Assembly (NCBI GenBank): GCA_004524535.1
Contig: SDNY01000001.1
Span: 32,001 to 96,000 of the forward strand
Origin: Promethearchaeota archaeon
GTDB taxonomy: Archaea > Asgardarchaeota > Lokiarchaeia > Sigyniarchaeales > SOKP01
Length of the DNA stretch: 64,000 nt
Direction of reading: 5' to 3'
In this document: in pieces, positions 1 through 9,757 of the stretch
How positions within the stretch are numbered: the first letter of the stretch is position 1
Layout of the letters: each line of letters starts with the position of its first letter
Program-made: the position numbers and the translations under genes
The notes under the pieces: generated by a model
What the model was told of the DNA's origin: nothing
Databases searched by the model: none
The model's input: the letters and a program-made list of their open reading frames with translations, nothing else

Positions 1-1036
1 TATCATCTCTTATTTCCTCCACAAAGGGGGTCATCTCATATATTTCATAAATGGGTAATGTACCTGCTTCGCCTTCTCTTATTTTTTCAATAGCATGCTT
101 GAATTTGAAATCATATAATTTTTTATATTCCTCTTGACTGAGTCCGATTTGATCCCAAAATTCAGATGCTCGATTTTGTTTTACTACAGCTCTAAAAAAT
201 GTTTCTGCCCCCCATTCTTCTGATAATGCCTTAAGTTTATCTAGCTCATTAATGTTTTGCTTCATTATTGTAATTGAAGTACATACAAATAATCCATATT
301 TCAAGCAATTTTTTATTGCTTTTTCTGCATATTCTAATGAATTAGTAAATCCACGGATTTCATCATTTTTTTTGGGATCTGCGCTTTCAAAACTAACAAA
401 CACATGACTCATATCATTATGCTTAGCCATTTTGGCAAATTTCTCATCAAATTTTACACCGTTGGTTATAATAGCATGAATATAACCCTTTTCTTTACAA
501 AATTTCATAATTTCGGAAATATCTTCGCGTAAAGTAGGTTCACCTCCAAACCATATATAACATCCATGTCTTCCTTGTTTTTGTAATCCTGTTTCCAAGT
601 TTTCTATTATTTGGAACCATTCTTTTGTTGAAAGCTCAGGGCGAGGTATATAATCATCTACAGCACAATGTAAACATTTCATATTACATCTATCAGTAAG
701 ATACATTGCAAAATGTACATTACCTGGACGAAAAGCTCTTATAATATTTTCCCAACTAACTTTGATTCGATCCATGATATCCTTCAGTACAATATACCGT
801 TCAACATCAACTCCCAGTGATGTCAAATCCTCAACCGTCGTTGGTTTAAATGCTTCAGGAGTTACATCAAATATCCCAGTGACCAAATCAGCTTCATTGA
901 TATTGGAACCGTTCCGTTCATTGCATTTATTCTCGGCAGCTTTTATTATCATCGGCTTTACAGAAGGACGAATTCCTTCGGGAATTTTTTCTATAATTTT
1001 ATTAAATAATTCTTCTGTTTTTTTTTCCCAATCCAA
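1..1036 (-). CDS. Radical SAM protein with N-terminal DUF2621/PCP-reductase-like helical domain (3'-truncated by window edge); paralog of 1043..2416
   Basis: Absent from the ORF track because it has no stop in the window. Manual translation from TTG at 1036: MDWEKKTEELFNKIIEKIPEGIRPSVKPM...YLTDRCNMKCLHC...WFGGEPTLR...ITNG. Colinear with the adjacent paralog. AGGTGA RBS at 1043-1048. Confidence 0.9.
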   Translation of the reverse strand, partial: MDWEKKTEELFNKIIEKIPEGIRPSVKPMIIKAAENKCNERNGSNINEADLVTGIFDVTPEAFKPTTVEDLTSLGVDVERYIVLKDIMDRIKVSWENIIRAFRPGNVHFAMYLTDRCNMKCLHCAVDDYIPRPELSTKEWFQIIENLETGLQKQGRHGCYIWFGGEPTLREDISEIMKFCKEKGYIHAIITNGVKFDEKFAKMAKHNDMSHVFVSFESADPKKNDEIRGFTNSLEYAEKAIKNCLKYGLFVCTSITIMKQNINELDKLKALSEEWGAETFFRAVVKQNRASEFWDQIGLSQEEYKKLYDFKFKHAIEKIREGEAGTLPIYEIYEMTPFVEEIRDD

Positions 1037-1042
1037 AAATTA

Positions 1043-1048
1043 TCACCT
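1043..1048 (-). promoter_or_regulatory. Shine-Dalgarno-like AGGTGA overlapping the stop codon of the upstream radical SAM gene
   Basis: AGGTGA lies 6 nt upstream of the TTG start at 1036; its TGA is the stop of 1043..2416. Confidence 0.6.
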
Positions 1049-2416
1049 TGATTTGCAATTTTCATGTTCATGGTCATCTTCATGCCAACAGAAAGGAAGA
1101 GATTCTAGAAAATCACCGGTTTCGTTCTCTGCGTGGCATCTGCAACCACCCCCACATAATTCGAGGTGATGACAAGATGCGCACCGCCCTTTTATATTTC
1201 TATCTCTAATATCTTTGAAAAGCTTTGATTCCATTATTTCATTGAAATCTTGCTTTAGCACATTGCCCAAGGTTAATTGGGATGGATAATCGCATGGGAA
1301 GAAATCTCCATTAATATCAATACCTGAGACTGAACGACATGCTTGACATCCTACCCCCCATTCTAAAGCTGTTCGCTCTTCATCGTTGACAGGGCATTCC
1401 ATGAAAGGTACCATGTCATACATAAGAAACTTATGGATACCACGCACTTCCCCTTTTCTGATTGCATCAGTAATTTTACTATATTTAAAGGTATAAAATT
1501 GCCGGTATTCATCCAAATTTAACCCTATTTCATCCCAGTTTATATCAGCAGATCTTTGTTTAATAATTGCTCTGAAATATACTATTACACCCATAGATTC
1601 TAATCTGTCTTTTATTTTTTCCAACTCATCAAAATTTTCTTTTTGCGCAGTTGCGGTACAAATAGTAAGATTACCATATTTTAGAGATAATTTAATTGCT
1701 TTTTCAGCTGCTTCATATGCGTTTGGAACGCCTCTAATCTTCGCAGCTCTTTCAGGATCCACGCTATCGTAGCTAATAAAGACATGACTGATTTTAACCT
1801 CAGCACATAATTTTGCAAGTTCCTCATCAAATAACATACCATTTGTAGAAACAGCTTGATAATATCCCTTTTCACCACAATACCTTATCAAATCATTGAG
1901 ATCCTTGCGAAGAGTAGGCTCTCCACCAAACCATATATAACAACCTCGACGACCACGTTTTCGTAATGTTTCCTCGACATTTTCGATAATGTCAATCCAT
2001 TGTTCTGTTGATAATTCTGGACGATTCTCTATCACTGAAGCACCACAATGGCGGCATTTTTGGTTGCATCGATCAGTTAGATACATTGTGAAATGATAAA
2101 CTCCTGGGATAAATGCAGCGCTTACATCGTCCCATGAACGTGCATGTGCCTTCATAATTTCTGATAATTGTATATACCGATCTGTATCTATTCCTAAATC
2201 TTTCAAATCATTAACTACAGTTGGTTTAAACGGTTCCGGTGTAATCTCAAACAGTGCGGATAATAAATCATCTTTTCCTACAAATCTAGAATTCCTAAGC
2301 CTTGCTGTTTTTTCAGCGGTTTCATGCAACATAGGTTTAACTGCTGAACGAAACGCCTCAGGAACCTGATCTGTGATTTTCCCGAACAAATTCTCAACTT
2401 CTTGTTCCCATTCCAT
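1043..2416 (-). CDS. Radical SAM/SPASM protein with N-terminal DUF2621-like domain
   Basis: CNQKCRHC (CxxxCxxC), GGEP, STNG; C-terminal SPASM cysteines (CQAC...FPC...CASC...CGGGCRC); N-terminal W...VPEAFR...TP...LGID helical module. Confidence 0.9.
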   Translation of the reverse strand: MEWEQEVENLFGKITDQVPEAFRSAVKPMLHETAEKTARLRNSRFVGKDDLLSALFEITPEPFKPTVVNDLKDLGIDTDRYIQLSEIMKAHARSWDDVSAAFIPGVYHFTMYLTDRCNQKCRHCGASVIENRPELSTEQWIDIIENVEETLRKRGRRGCYIWFGGEPTLRKDLNDLIRYCGEKGYYQAVSTNGMLFDEELAKLCAEVKISHVFISYDSVDPERAAKIRGVPNAYEAAEKAIKLSLKYGNLTICTATAQKENFDELEKIKDRLESMGVIVYFRAIIKQRSADINWDEIGLNLDEYRQFYTFKYSKITDAIRKGEVRGIHKFLMYDMVPFMECPVNDEERTALEWGVGCQACRSVSGIDINGDFFPCDYPSQLTLGNVLKQDFNEIMESKLFKDIRDRNIKGRCASCHHLELCGGGCRCHAENETGDFLESLPFCWHEDDHEHENCKSR

Positions 2417-2527
2417 TTTTGCTCAACCTAATCTGAATTTTTCACTCTTATTGTTTTTTTAAAAAAATGCTTTTTTTTTTATTTAAAATTGAAATAATTT
2501 TATAATTGCAATTTATGATATTTTTAA

Positions 2528-3241
2528 TCATTTTTTTCCCTCCCAAATGACATATTCATTAAAATCAGAAATATAATTAATTTTGAGATGAGGATAGGAA
2601 TTATTAGAAAGATAAATCCCTGGTTTTTCAAAAAGAGAATACTTCGCTAAATATAAAATTCTTTTGAAATAACAATTTAGTTTGAACTCAATTTTCCTAT
2701 AAGAAATCCTTTTTTGAAAAGTGTTATTTAAATATCTCTTGTTCCTCAAATTTATAAAGAAACTATTGATTCTCTCATTCTTTTTATAATTTCTATCAAT
2801 TTTTCTTATGAGTTCATCATCTATATACTGTTTTATTTGACTACTGAGATAAAAATAATAATGTGTTTCTTTAGACATAAAAGAGACTGTATCTAAATAA
2901 CGAAATGCTTGAGTATCACCATAAAATAATACTTTTTTAACATAATGATAACAGCAAGAATCAATAAAACAATAGATACTGATTATAATATAAATATCAC
3001 TTAATTGACCAATACTCAACGGAATAATTTGTTGCCCTTTAGGTAAAAACCATAAAATCTTTATATAAGGTAGATTCGGAATAAAAAGTGAATTACCACA
3101 TTTAAAGTAATCCTTTAATGAAGAAGACAAAGAGTTTATATTACTTAAAAACGTGTAGATCAATGTAACAAGGAAAAATGAAGAAAGAAACAGTAGAATC
3201 AAGAGTATTTTTAGTTTTTTAAATATTTTAATATTATACAT
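2528..3241 (-). CDS. Hypothetical membrane-anchored protein
   Basis: 237-aa ORF with N-terminal hydrophobic segments and no recognisable motif. Confidence 0.5.
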   Translation of the reverse strand: MYNIKIFKKLKILLILLFLSSFFLVTLIYTFLSNINSLSSSLKDYFKCGNSLFIPNLPYIKILWFLPKGQQIIPLSIGQLSDIYIIISIYCFIDSCCYHYVKKVLFYGDTQAFRYLDTVSFMSKETHYYFYLSSQIKQYIDDELIRKIDRNYKKNERINSFFINLRNKRYLNNTFQKRISYRKIEFKLNCYFKRILYLAKYSLFEKPGIYLSNNSYPHLKINYISDFNEYVIWEGKK

Positions 3242-3334
3242 CTATTAATTACCTAATTCAATAATTAATTTGAATATTTTCTTAGTTCAAATAAATAATA
3301 TTTTTGTTTCATTAAATTTAATAGTATCGAGATC

Positions 3335-4825
3335 CTATTCATCCATTGTTTTAGTAAATTTCAATGATGATGTAAGAAACAAGGGCGCTGCATGTATTAA
3401 AAATAGTGTGTTTAAATTTTGAATATTAGTTCCAGTAATAAATCTCTTTTTGTAATTAATAACGTTATAAAAATAAGACTTTTTAGCTTTTTTAAATGCT
3501 TCAACGACTTCTAAAAACGAATTATATTTTAATTTTATTCCAAAACTCTCTGGAGATTCATGAGCAGGAGAACCAGGAAAAATATAGTAAGCCTCATTCA
3601 TTATTGTAATTGGCTTGAAATTTGATTTGCCATATTTTAATATACATTTCGATGCAAAAATAAAATCTTTCATAACATCAATAAAGGATTGAAAAGGATA
3701 ACCCATTGTCAACCAAATTCTTAATTTCGTTAGGTTTAAATTCGCATTTTTTATAGTATCTTTAATTTGATTTAAAGGGAAGTTAAATGTTGGATCGCAA
3801 ATTTTTGCTATTTTTTGATGCACACGATGAGAAGTTGTTCGAGGAGAAATACTAATTGATGAATCTCTCCGAGTAAATGTTTTAGAAAACATTTTCCACA
3901 TTTCTTTCGGAAAGGGAAGCCGCCAAATCTCCAAATCTCCACCTATATCAAGATTCTCTTTTTGCAACAGCTTAAGTATTTGCTCCCAATATTTTAAATT
4001 AGAAGGATAAGCACCATGGCCAAAAAAAATACTTGGAACTTTAAATTTGTTAAGAACATTGTTTATATCTTCTATAACCTTTTCTGGACTCCTAAGAACA
4101 ACATTGTTTCGCCCAGCTAACAGTTGTTGAGCTCTTTGACCTCCTCCACAAAGAGGACAATTAAATCGACATCCTCTTCCAATAGGGATAACGCCAGAGA
4201 TTCCCATCATCTTTCTGCTATTTTCAAAATAATATTTAGCATTTTTTAGGAGTGAAAAATTTGTAAAATTCAAATCATCTAAAGTCTTAGCTACATAGGA
4301 AATAGGATTTTCTTTAATATGTTTTGAAGAATCTTGATATGATAAATTGGGAACAGAATCTAATAATTTATTATGATTTACCTTTTGAATATATTGTAAA
4401 AATGGAGTTTCACCATCTCCACTAATGATCGCATCGATTTCTTTAAAGTACTTTAAAATATCATTACGATAATATGAGGCACTTAGACCTCCAAGAATAA
4501 TTTTAACATTTGAATTTACTGATTTTACAATTTTGGCAATCTCAATAACTGCATGCGAGTTATGTATCCAATGTAAATCAATTCCACATATATCAAAATT
4601 AATAGATTTGAGATAGTCTTTTAATGACCAATTAATATCTAAGAATTGCTCTAATGGATAATTTATAATTTTAACTCCAAAGCCCTCTCTTTCAAGTAGA
4701 TCGGCAATGGCAAAAACACCCATTGGAATGAAAAGGTACGATCCTCGAATAAATCTGGCCTTTTTACCATAATTATGTTTTAACGTACGAGGAGGATGAA
4801 TAAAAATTATGTCGTAGCTTTTCAA
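3335..4825 (-). CDS. Cobalamin-binding radical SAM protein
   Basis: N-terminal B12-binding Rossmann fold (IFIHPP...PMGV...GIDLHW...ILGGLSAS...GDGE), then GRGCRFNCPLC. Confidence 0.88.
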   Translation of the reverse strand: MKSYDIIFIHPPRTLKHNYGKKARFIRGSYLFIPMGVFAIADLLEREGFGVKIINYPLEQFLDINWSLKDYLKSINFDICGIDLHWIHNSHAVIEIAKIVKSVNSNVKIILGGLSASYYRNDILKYFKEIDAIISGDGETPFLQYIQKVNHNKLLDSVPNLSYQDSSKHIKENPISYVAKTLDDLNFTNFSLLKNAKYYFENSRKMMGISGVIPIGRGCRFNCPLCGGGQRAQQLLAGRNNVVLRSPEKVIEDINNVLNKFKVPSIFFGHGAYPSNLKYWEQILKLLQKENLDIGGDLEIWRLPFPKEMWKMFSKTFTRRDSSISISPRTTSHRVHQKIAKICDPTFNFPLNQIKDTIKNANLNLTKLRIWLTMGYPFQSFIDVMKDFIFASKCILKYGKSNFKPITIMNEAYYIFPGSPAHESPESFGIKLKYNSFLEVVEAFKKAKKSYFYNVINYKKRFITGTNIQNLNTLFLIHAAPLFLTSSLKFTKTMDE

Positions 4826-5002
4826 GATGCCTACCGAAATTTTGAGAGGAATTAAATGTTAATTAAAATATGGTTTAGATATATAAATATTAAACTTTTT
4901 TAATTTTTTTACGAAAAAAAGAATCTCCAAATAGTTAAAAAACAAAATTTAAATATTTTTTAAACAATAGATTAAATTATTAACTGAGAACCAATAATAA
5001 AA

Positions 5003-5971
5003 ATGATTGATATAGCATCTATGCTCGAAAATATGAGTTTAGGAGATTTTTTGTTTATAATTGTATTTCCATTAGTTTTACTTTTACTACTTCTAATTAT
5101 TTTTATCAGTGGATTATTAAAAAAAAAAATAAAGCGAGACTTTATGAGTTTAGACGAATTCATAATGGATTGGCTTAGAGATCACGGACAAGCTCATAAG
5201 TTGGATGATCAATTTGCGAAAATGAGAAAGGACCCTGCTGGAAGAATTTATATGCCAATAACTTATCATGGAGCAAAATTTGCCATAAAATGCGGTTTAA
5301 CACCAAATAAAGTTTCTTATATAAATTTAATTTTATCATTTCTTATATTTTATGGGGTAATAATGGCTAGTCGGGGCCATACACTTGATTTATTTACTCA
5401 ACAGCCATATTATGGTGTTTGGTTTATTCCTCTTGCTTTTTTGGCTTTATTTACAGGAATTATTGATGGGATTGATGGAGCAATAGCTAGATTAACAGAA
5501 ACAAAGTCTAGAGCTGGTGCTTGGTTAGATAATGTGATTGATAGAATTAGTGATATATTATTATTAGTATGTCTAGTTCCAACCAGCTTTCTCGTCTTTC
5601 CTGAATATGGACTTGACTTTACATGGATAATTTGGACGAATATTTTTCTAATTTTTCTTTATGAATACATGAGATCCAGACATGAAGGTTTAGGTTTGCA
5701 TGAGGCGAAACCATTTGTGGGTGAAAGAATAACTCGTTTTTTTATTATCTTTACATTTTTTCTAATTTATGGCATTTCGAGTTTCTTTATATTAATTACT
5801 AATTGGATCGATCCCTCTGCTACTAAAATCTGGGCACATTCTCATGGTGGAACAATAAAATGGAATATGCTAATTTTTCAAATCAATTTATTATTGATTA
5901 TGGTCTTTTCATCAATTAAATTAGCACAATATAGTTTGAAAAACCTAAAAAAATTGGATGGAATCAAATAA
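5003..5971 (+). CDS. CDP-alcohol phosphatidyltransferase family protein
   Basis: Signature DGIDGAIAR-x7-GAWLDNVIDRISD, upstream TPN motif, multiple TM helices. Confidence 0.92.
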   Translation: MIDIASMLENMSLGDFLFIIVFPLVLLLLLLIIFISGLLKKKIKRDFMSLDEFIMDWLRDHGQAHKLDDQFAKMRKDPAGRIYMPITYHGAKFAIKCGLTPNKVSYINLILSFLIFYGVIMASRGHTLDLFTQQPYYGVWFIPLAFLALFTGIIDGIDGAIARLTETKSRAGAWLDNVIDRISDILLLVCLVPTSFLVFPEYGLDFTWIIWTNIFLIFLYEYMRSRHEGLGLHEAKPFVGERITRFFIIFTFFLIYGISSFFILITNWIDPSATKIWAHSHGGTIKWNMLIFQINLLLIMVFSSIKLAQYSLKNLKKLDGIK

Positions 5972-6009
5972 TTTATAAGAGGTTTTAAATCATAAATTTC
6001 AGAAGTTTT

Positions 6010-7341
6010 TTGTATACCGTTATTTTAGTAATTTATTTTATTCTTTTACATATCTATTTTCCACCTTTTTTATCAGCAGGAACGAAAAACGCAATTGATA
6101 CCTTCATTAGTAATCCTTTAACCTATTGGTGGTTTATATTTCCATTAATTGGACTAATCACATTATTGATCTTGATCATTTATTATGGAAGATGTTTCTT
6201 ATCTTCATTTGGGCGTGGTTATCGAACTAAAAAACCCTATAATGCTAAAATAAGTATACTAATTGCATCTAAAAATGAAAAAACATTATTAGATAGAACA
6301 TTAAATTCCATTCTCGCATCAGATTATCCAAAAGAAGACATTCAAATAATTATTATTACAAGTGGTTCAACAGATGGTACCACTGATTATTCTAACAATT
6401 TTGCCAAAGAAAATAGTTCAATTGATATAGAAGTATTATCTGAGAATCTACCTAAAAAAGGAAAACCTCCAGCATTGAATTATGGACTTAAATACGTAAA
6501 AAATGATATCGTTGTTCTTTATGATTCTGGTTGCATTTTAGAACAGAATACATTAAGAAATTTAATATCACCATTTCAAAAAGAAAAAAATAATGCAGTT
6601 ATAGGGCCTGTCCTTGTTAAAAATTGGAAGATCAATAAATTAACCAGAGCGCTTTTCCTTGACTATGCTTTTTTATCTGGTGGAGGATTATTATTTGAAA
6701 CGAAAAACAGATTAGGTAAATCTGCTTATTCATTCGGACGAAATTTTGCCGTAAGAACTAAACACTTAAGAAAATCTGGAGGATTTAACGAAGATTCAAT
6801 GACAGAAGATCTCTATCTTTCTGTAGTTCTAAATTTAGATGGGATTAAAATTCTATTTTCTCCTAAAGCAAAAGTCTATGAATATGTACCAAGTACTTGG
6901 GAGATCCTAAAAAAACAACGTACAAGATGGGTTGCTGGATATATTTATGATATGCCACAATTAATGGAAATGAAAAGCGAAGAAAAAGATGGCAAAAAAA
7001 TTATAATCGATAGAAATATGACGATGATGCTTTTAGGAAATATAGATGCTTGGATTCCAATATTCATTGGATTCGCAATATTTTTCTTTCTTATCGGCGA
7101 GTGGTATCTATTAAGTTGGTTTCTTTCCTGTTTAATCTTTCAATTTGGCTTTTTATTTAAAGCCGTACGAAAATATGGCGATAATCATTTTAGTATTTTG
7201 TTTTGGTGGCCAATAAGCGCTTATATTCACCTCTATATGTTTCTACGTCAATTCAGTTTGCCAAAAGAAATCAGCTGGGATAAAACTCCAATGATTTTAG
7301 AAAAGCAAGAAGAAGAAGTTAAAGCTCTATCGACTAAATAG
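6010..7341 (+). CDS. Membrane GT2 glycosyltransferase, processive type (QxxRW)
   Basis: GSTDGT, KGKPPALN, TED and QRTRW motifs; TM helices at both ends. Confidence 0.88.
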   Translation: MYTVILVIYFILLHIYFPPFLSAGTKNAIDTFISNPLTYWWFIFPLIGLITLLILIIYYGRCFLSSFGRGYRTKKPYNAKISILIASKNEKTLLDRTLNSILASDYPKEDIQIIIITSGSTDGTTDYSNNFAKENSSIDIEVLSENLPKKGKPPALNYGLKYVKNDIVVLYDSGCILEQNTLRNLISPFQKEKNNAVIGPVLVKNWKINKLTRALFLDYAFLSGGGLLFETKNRLGKSAYSFGRNFAVRTKHLRKSGGFNEDSMTEDLYLSVVLNLDGIKILFSPKAKVYEYVPSTWEILKKQRTRWVAGYIYDMPQLMEMKSEEKDGKKIIIDRNMTMMLLGNIDAWIPIFIGFAIFFFLIGEWYLLSWFLSCLIFQFGFLFKAVRKYGDNHFSILFWWPISAYIHLYMFLRQFSLPKEISWDKTPMILEKQEEEVKALSTK

Positions 7342-7343
7342 CC

Positions 7344-8213
7344 TTAATACATTACTTTATTATATTTCTTCTTTTTTTTGAACGACCTGTCGAAGATTGA
7401 TTTTCTATTATCTTTTTTCCATTTTAAACGATTACGCCAGCGTTCAATAGCTTCCAAAGGAAATCCAAGATTCTTTTTGCGCAGAAAAAAATTAAAAAAA
7501 CCAAGTAAAAGAAAAGCAATAATCACACTAAGAGCTAGTAGTACAATATCAATTACAAAAATTTTTATATAGCTTAAGTAAAAATAAAGAAAATAAATAG
7601 AAATTAATGTATTTGATAATAATAGAATATGCATTAAGTCTGTCATTTTATTGGTTTTAAATTTTTTTCTTTTGCTTATCCCATGAATCCCAAATTGGAA
7701 ATTTATAAAAATTGTAAAAAAGGCGAATATATATAGAATTAACGAAATTTGAGAAATCAAACACGAAATTTGATAATAATACGAAAAAGGAAAAAGTGGA
7801 GTTAGATATATAAAATAACGCTCTTTATAGATGGAAAAATGATAGAGAAAAATGTTTATCATTGCAAAATCGATCGCAATAGCACAAACCGGAGCGGTTT
7901 TTGCTGGATTTGAATCAAGCACATGAAGTAAAAAAATAAAGACATACATAGAAAACATAGCTAAGAAAAGATTCAAGAATAAAAGAGTTGAGAATGACAT
8001 TGAAAAAACAATTTCTTCTATTGATGGAATATCTGTTCTAGTAGGTAACCTAGGATCGGAAAACTTTGGGTGAAGATAAACCTCAAGAAACCAGGAAAAT
8101 TCAAGAAAAATCATAAAAATTGTTAATGTCAGAAATAATTGAACCTGAAATATAAAAGCAGTCCAATTTTTTACTTTATTTTTTTTTTTAGAGCTAATAT
8201 TTTCCTTTTTCAT
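7344..8213 (-). CDS. Hypothetical polytopic membrane protein
   Basis: 289 aa, about 6 hydrophobic segments, basic termini. Confidence 0.65.
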   Translation of the reverse strand: MKKENISSKKKNKVKNWTAFIFQVQLFLTLTIFMIFLEFSWFLEVYLHPKFSDPRLPTRTDIPSIEEIVFSMSFSTLLFLNLFLAMFSMYVFIFLLHVLDSNPAKTAPVCAIAIDFAMINIFLYHFSIYKERYFIYLTPLFPFSYYYQISCLISQISLILYIFAFFTIFINFQFGIHGISKRKKFKTNKMTDLMHILLLSNTLISIYFLYFYLSYIKIFVIDIVLLALSVIIAFLLLGFFNFFLRKKNLGFPLEAIERWRNRLKWKKDNRKSIFDRSFKKKKKYNKVMY

Positions 8214-8352
8214 TTGTCTTATTCAGCTTGATATTAAAAGAAAAAATTAAACTTTCATGATTTCTATATTAATATTAAGTAATTCTATATTTTTAAAAAT
8301 TAATCAATATTGAATTTTTTTAAATCTCAAAATAGTAACCATTAAACTTCTC

Positions 8353-9687
8353 ATGATTTATGACCATATTCCTGATTTTCTTTATAATCTTATATTAAAT
8401 GATCAATTGCCTAAAGAATTAAGAAAAAAATATTTCGATTTCAAATCACATCAAATTTCAGATAAGAAATTTTGTGAAGATTTACTCAAACAATTAAAAT
8501 TGTCATATAACAATTGTAATTATTATCAAGAAAAACTCTGTAAGAAGTTCGATTATACGCTTCCTGAAGATTTAACCATTGGGAATTTAGAAAAAATCCC
8601 TTATATCCCGTCTAATGACTATAAAAAATCAGTAAGTCGAAATTTAGAACTGTTAAAAGCCTCCCTTGATGAAATAGTGCTATTTTCTTGTTCCTCCTCA
8701 ACGACTGGCATTACTTCAATAATTCCTCGAACATTAGAAGATTTCGACCAGATCCAATATAATGCAGTTAAAACTTATTCAGAATTTTTTAATTGGAAGG
8801 AAATAAAACCAGAACCTTATAAAAGAGCAATAATCTTTAATTTTTCGCCTGACAGATTCTTTTTATCAATAATGACAAAGAAAAATTCTAAAGGATTTGA
8901 ATATGTTGATAAAACTCGTTATTTCTCATCTTGTATTAATAAACCATTTGAATATTACGCACATGTAGAATATATGATAAAAATTAATCTACTCGTATCG
9001 ATACGGACATTCTTATCAACTTTATCAGTAAGAGGGGGCTTTGTTATGGATGTAAGCAAAATGCTCAAAATAATTAAAAAAGTTCTAAAAACGGGAAAAT
9101 GGGAGAAGAGAGGAGTTAATAAAATTCTTTTTAATGGAAACCCTGCTTTAATGAATTATATGTTTGAAAATCGATTATTAAGAGAGAATATTTTTTTTGA
9201 CCTCGATGAAATATCTTATGTTGGATGCAGTGGTGGAGGATGGGATGGTGTTAAAGGGGAAGTTAAGTTAGATGCAGTAAATAAAACTCGATTTATTGAA
9301 AATTATGAAAAAATCTTTAATATTAGATCTAAGAATATAAGAGACATTTATTCACTCGCAGAAGTGCCGACTATTTTCGGAGGGCACTGGTCTGAAAAAT
9401 ATCAAGATTTTCTATTCCATTGTCCCGATACTACTCGAATTATTGTAAGAGATTTAGATAAATTAGAGCCTGTCAATGAAGGTGAAGAAGGATTATTAGA
9501 AGTTATTACACCATATGGTGTTAATGGATCAATAAATCAAGCCTTACTTGTTGATGATATTGTTGAGATAATTTCAAAAAAGAAGTGTCCAGAATGTGGA
9601 TACCAGGGAGCGGTTTTTCGAATAATAGGAAGACTGGAAAATGCCCAAGGAAAATGTTGCTCCTCCTTAATAAATTGGAGCTATTAA
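8353..9687 (+). CDS. LuxE-like acyl-protein synthetase (adenylate-forming)
   Basis: SSSTTG loop, GGGWD, DIYSLAE, GEEGLLEV, DD, CPECG...FRIIGR and C-terminal GKCCS, comparable to the LuxE RGC acyl-acceptor cysteine. Confidence 0.8.
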   Translation: MIYDHIPDFLYNLILNDQLPKELRKKYFDFKSHQISDKKFCEDLLKQLKLSYNNCNYYQEKLCKKFDYTLPEDLTIGNLEKIPYIPSNDYKKSVSRNLELLKASLDEIVLFSCSSSTTGITSIIPRTLEDFDQIQYNAVKTYSEFFNWKEIKPEPYKRAIIFNFSPDRFFLSIMTKKNSKGFEYVDKTRYFSSCINKPFEYYAHVEYMIKINLLVSIRTFLSTLSVRGGFVMDVSKMLKIIKKVLKTGKWEKRGVNKILFNGNPALMNYMFENRLLRENIFFDLDEISYVGCSGGGWDGVKGEVKLDAVNKTRFIENYEKIFNIRSKNIRDIYSLAEVPTIFGGHWSEKYQDFLFHCPDTTRIIVRDLDKLEPVNEGEEGLLEVITPYGVNGSINQALLVDDIVEIISKKKCPECGYQGAVFRIIGRLENAQGKCCSSLINWSY

Positions 9688-9757
9688 GGGAGCTCTATTT
9701 TGATAAGATTAATAATAACAAAATAACTATTAAGGTTAATTAAGGAGTATATTAATA

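Noticed and set aside
762-1169. 135-aa plus-strand ORF
   Set aside because: Antisense shadow over two real minus-strand radical SAM genes.
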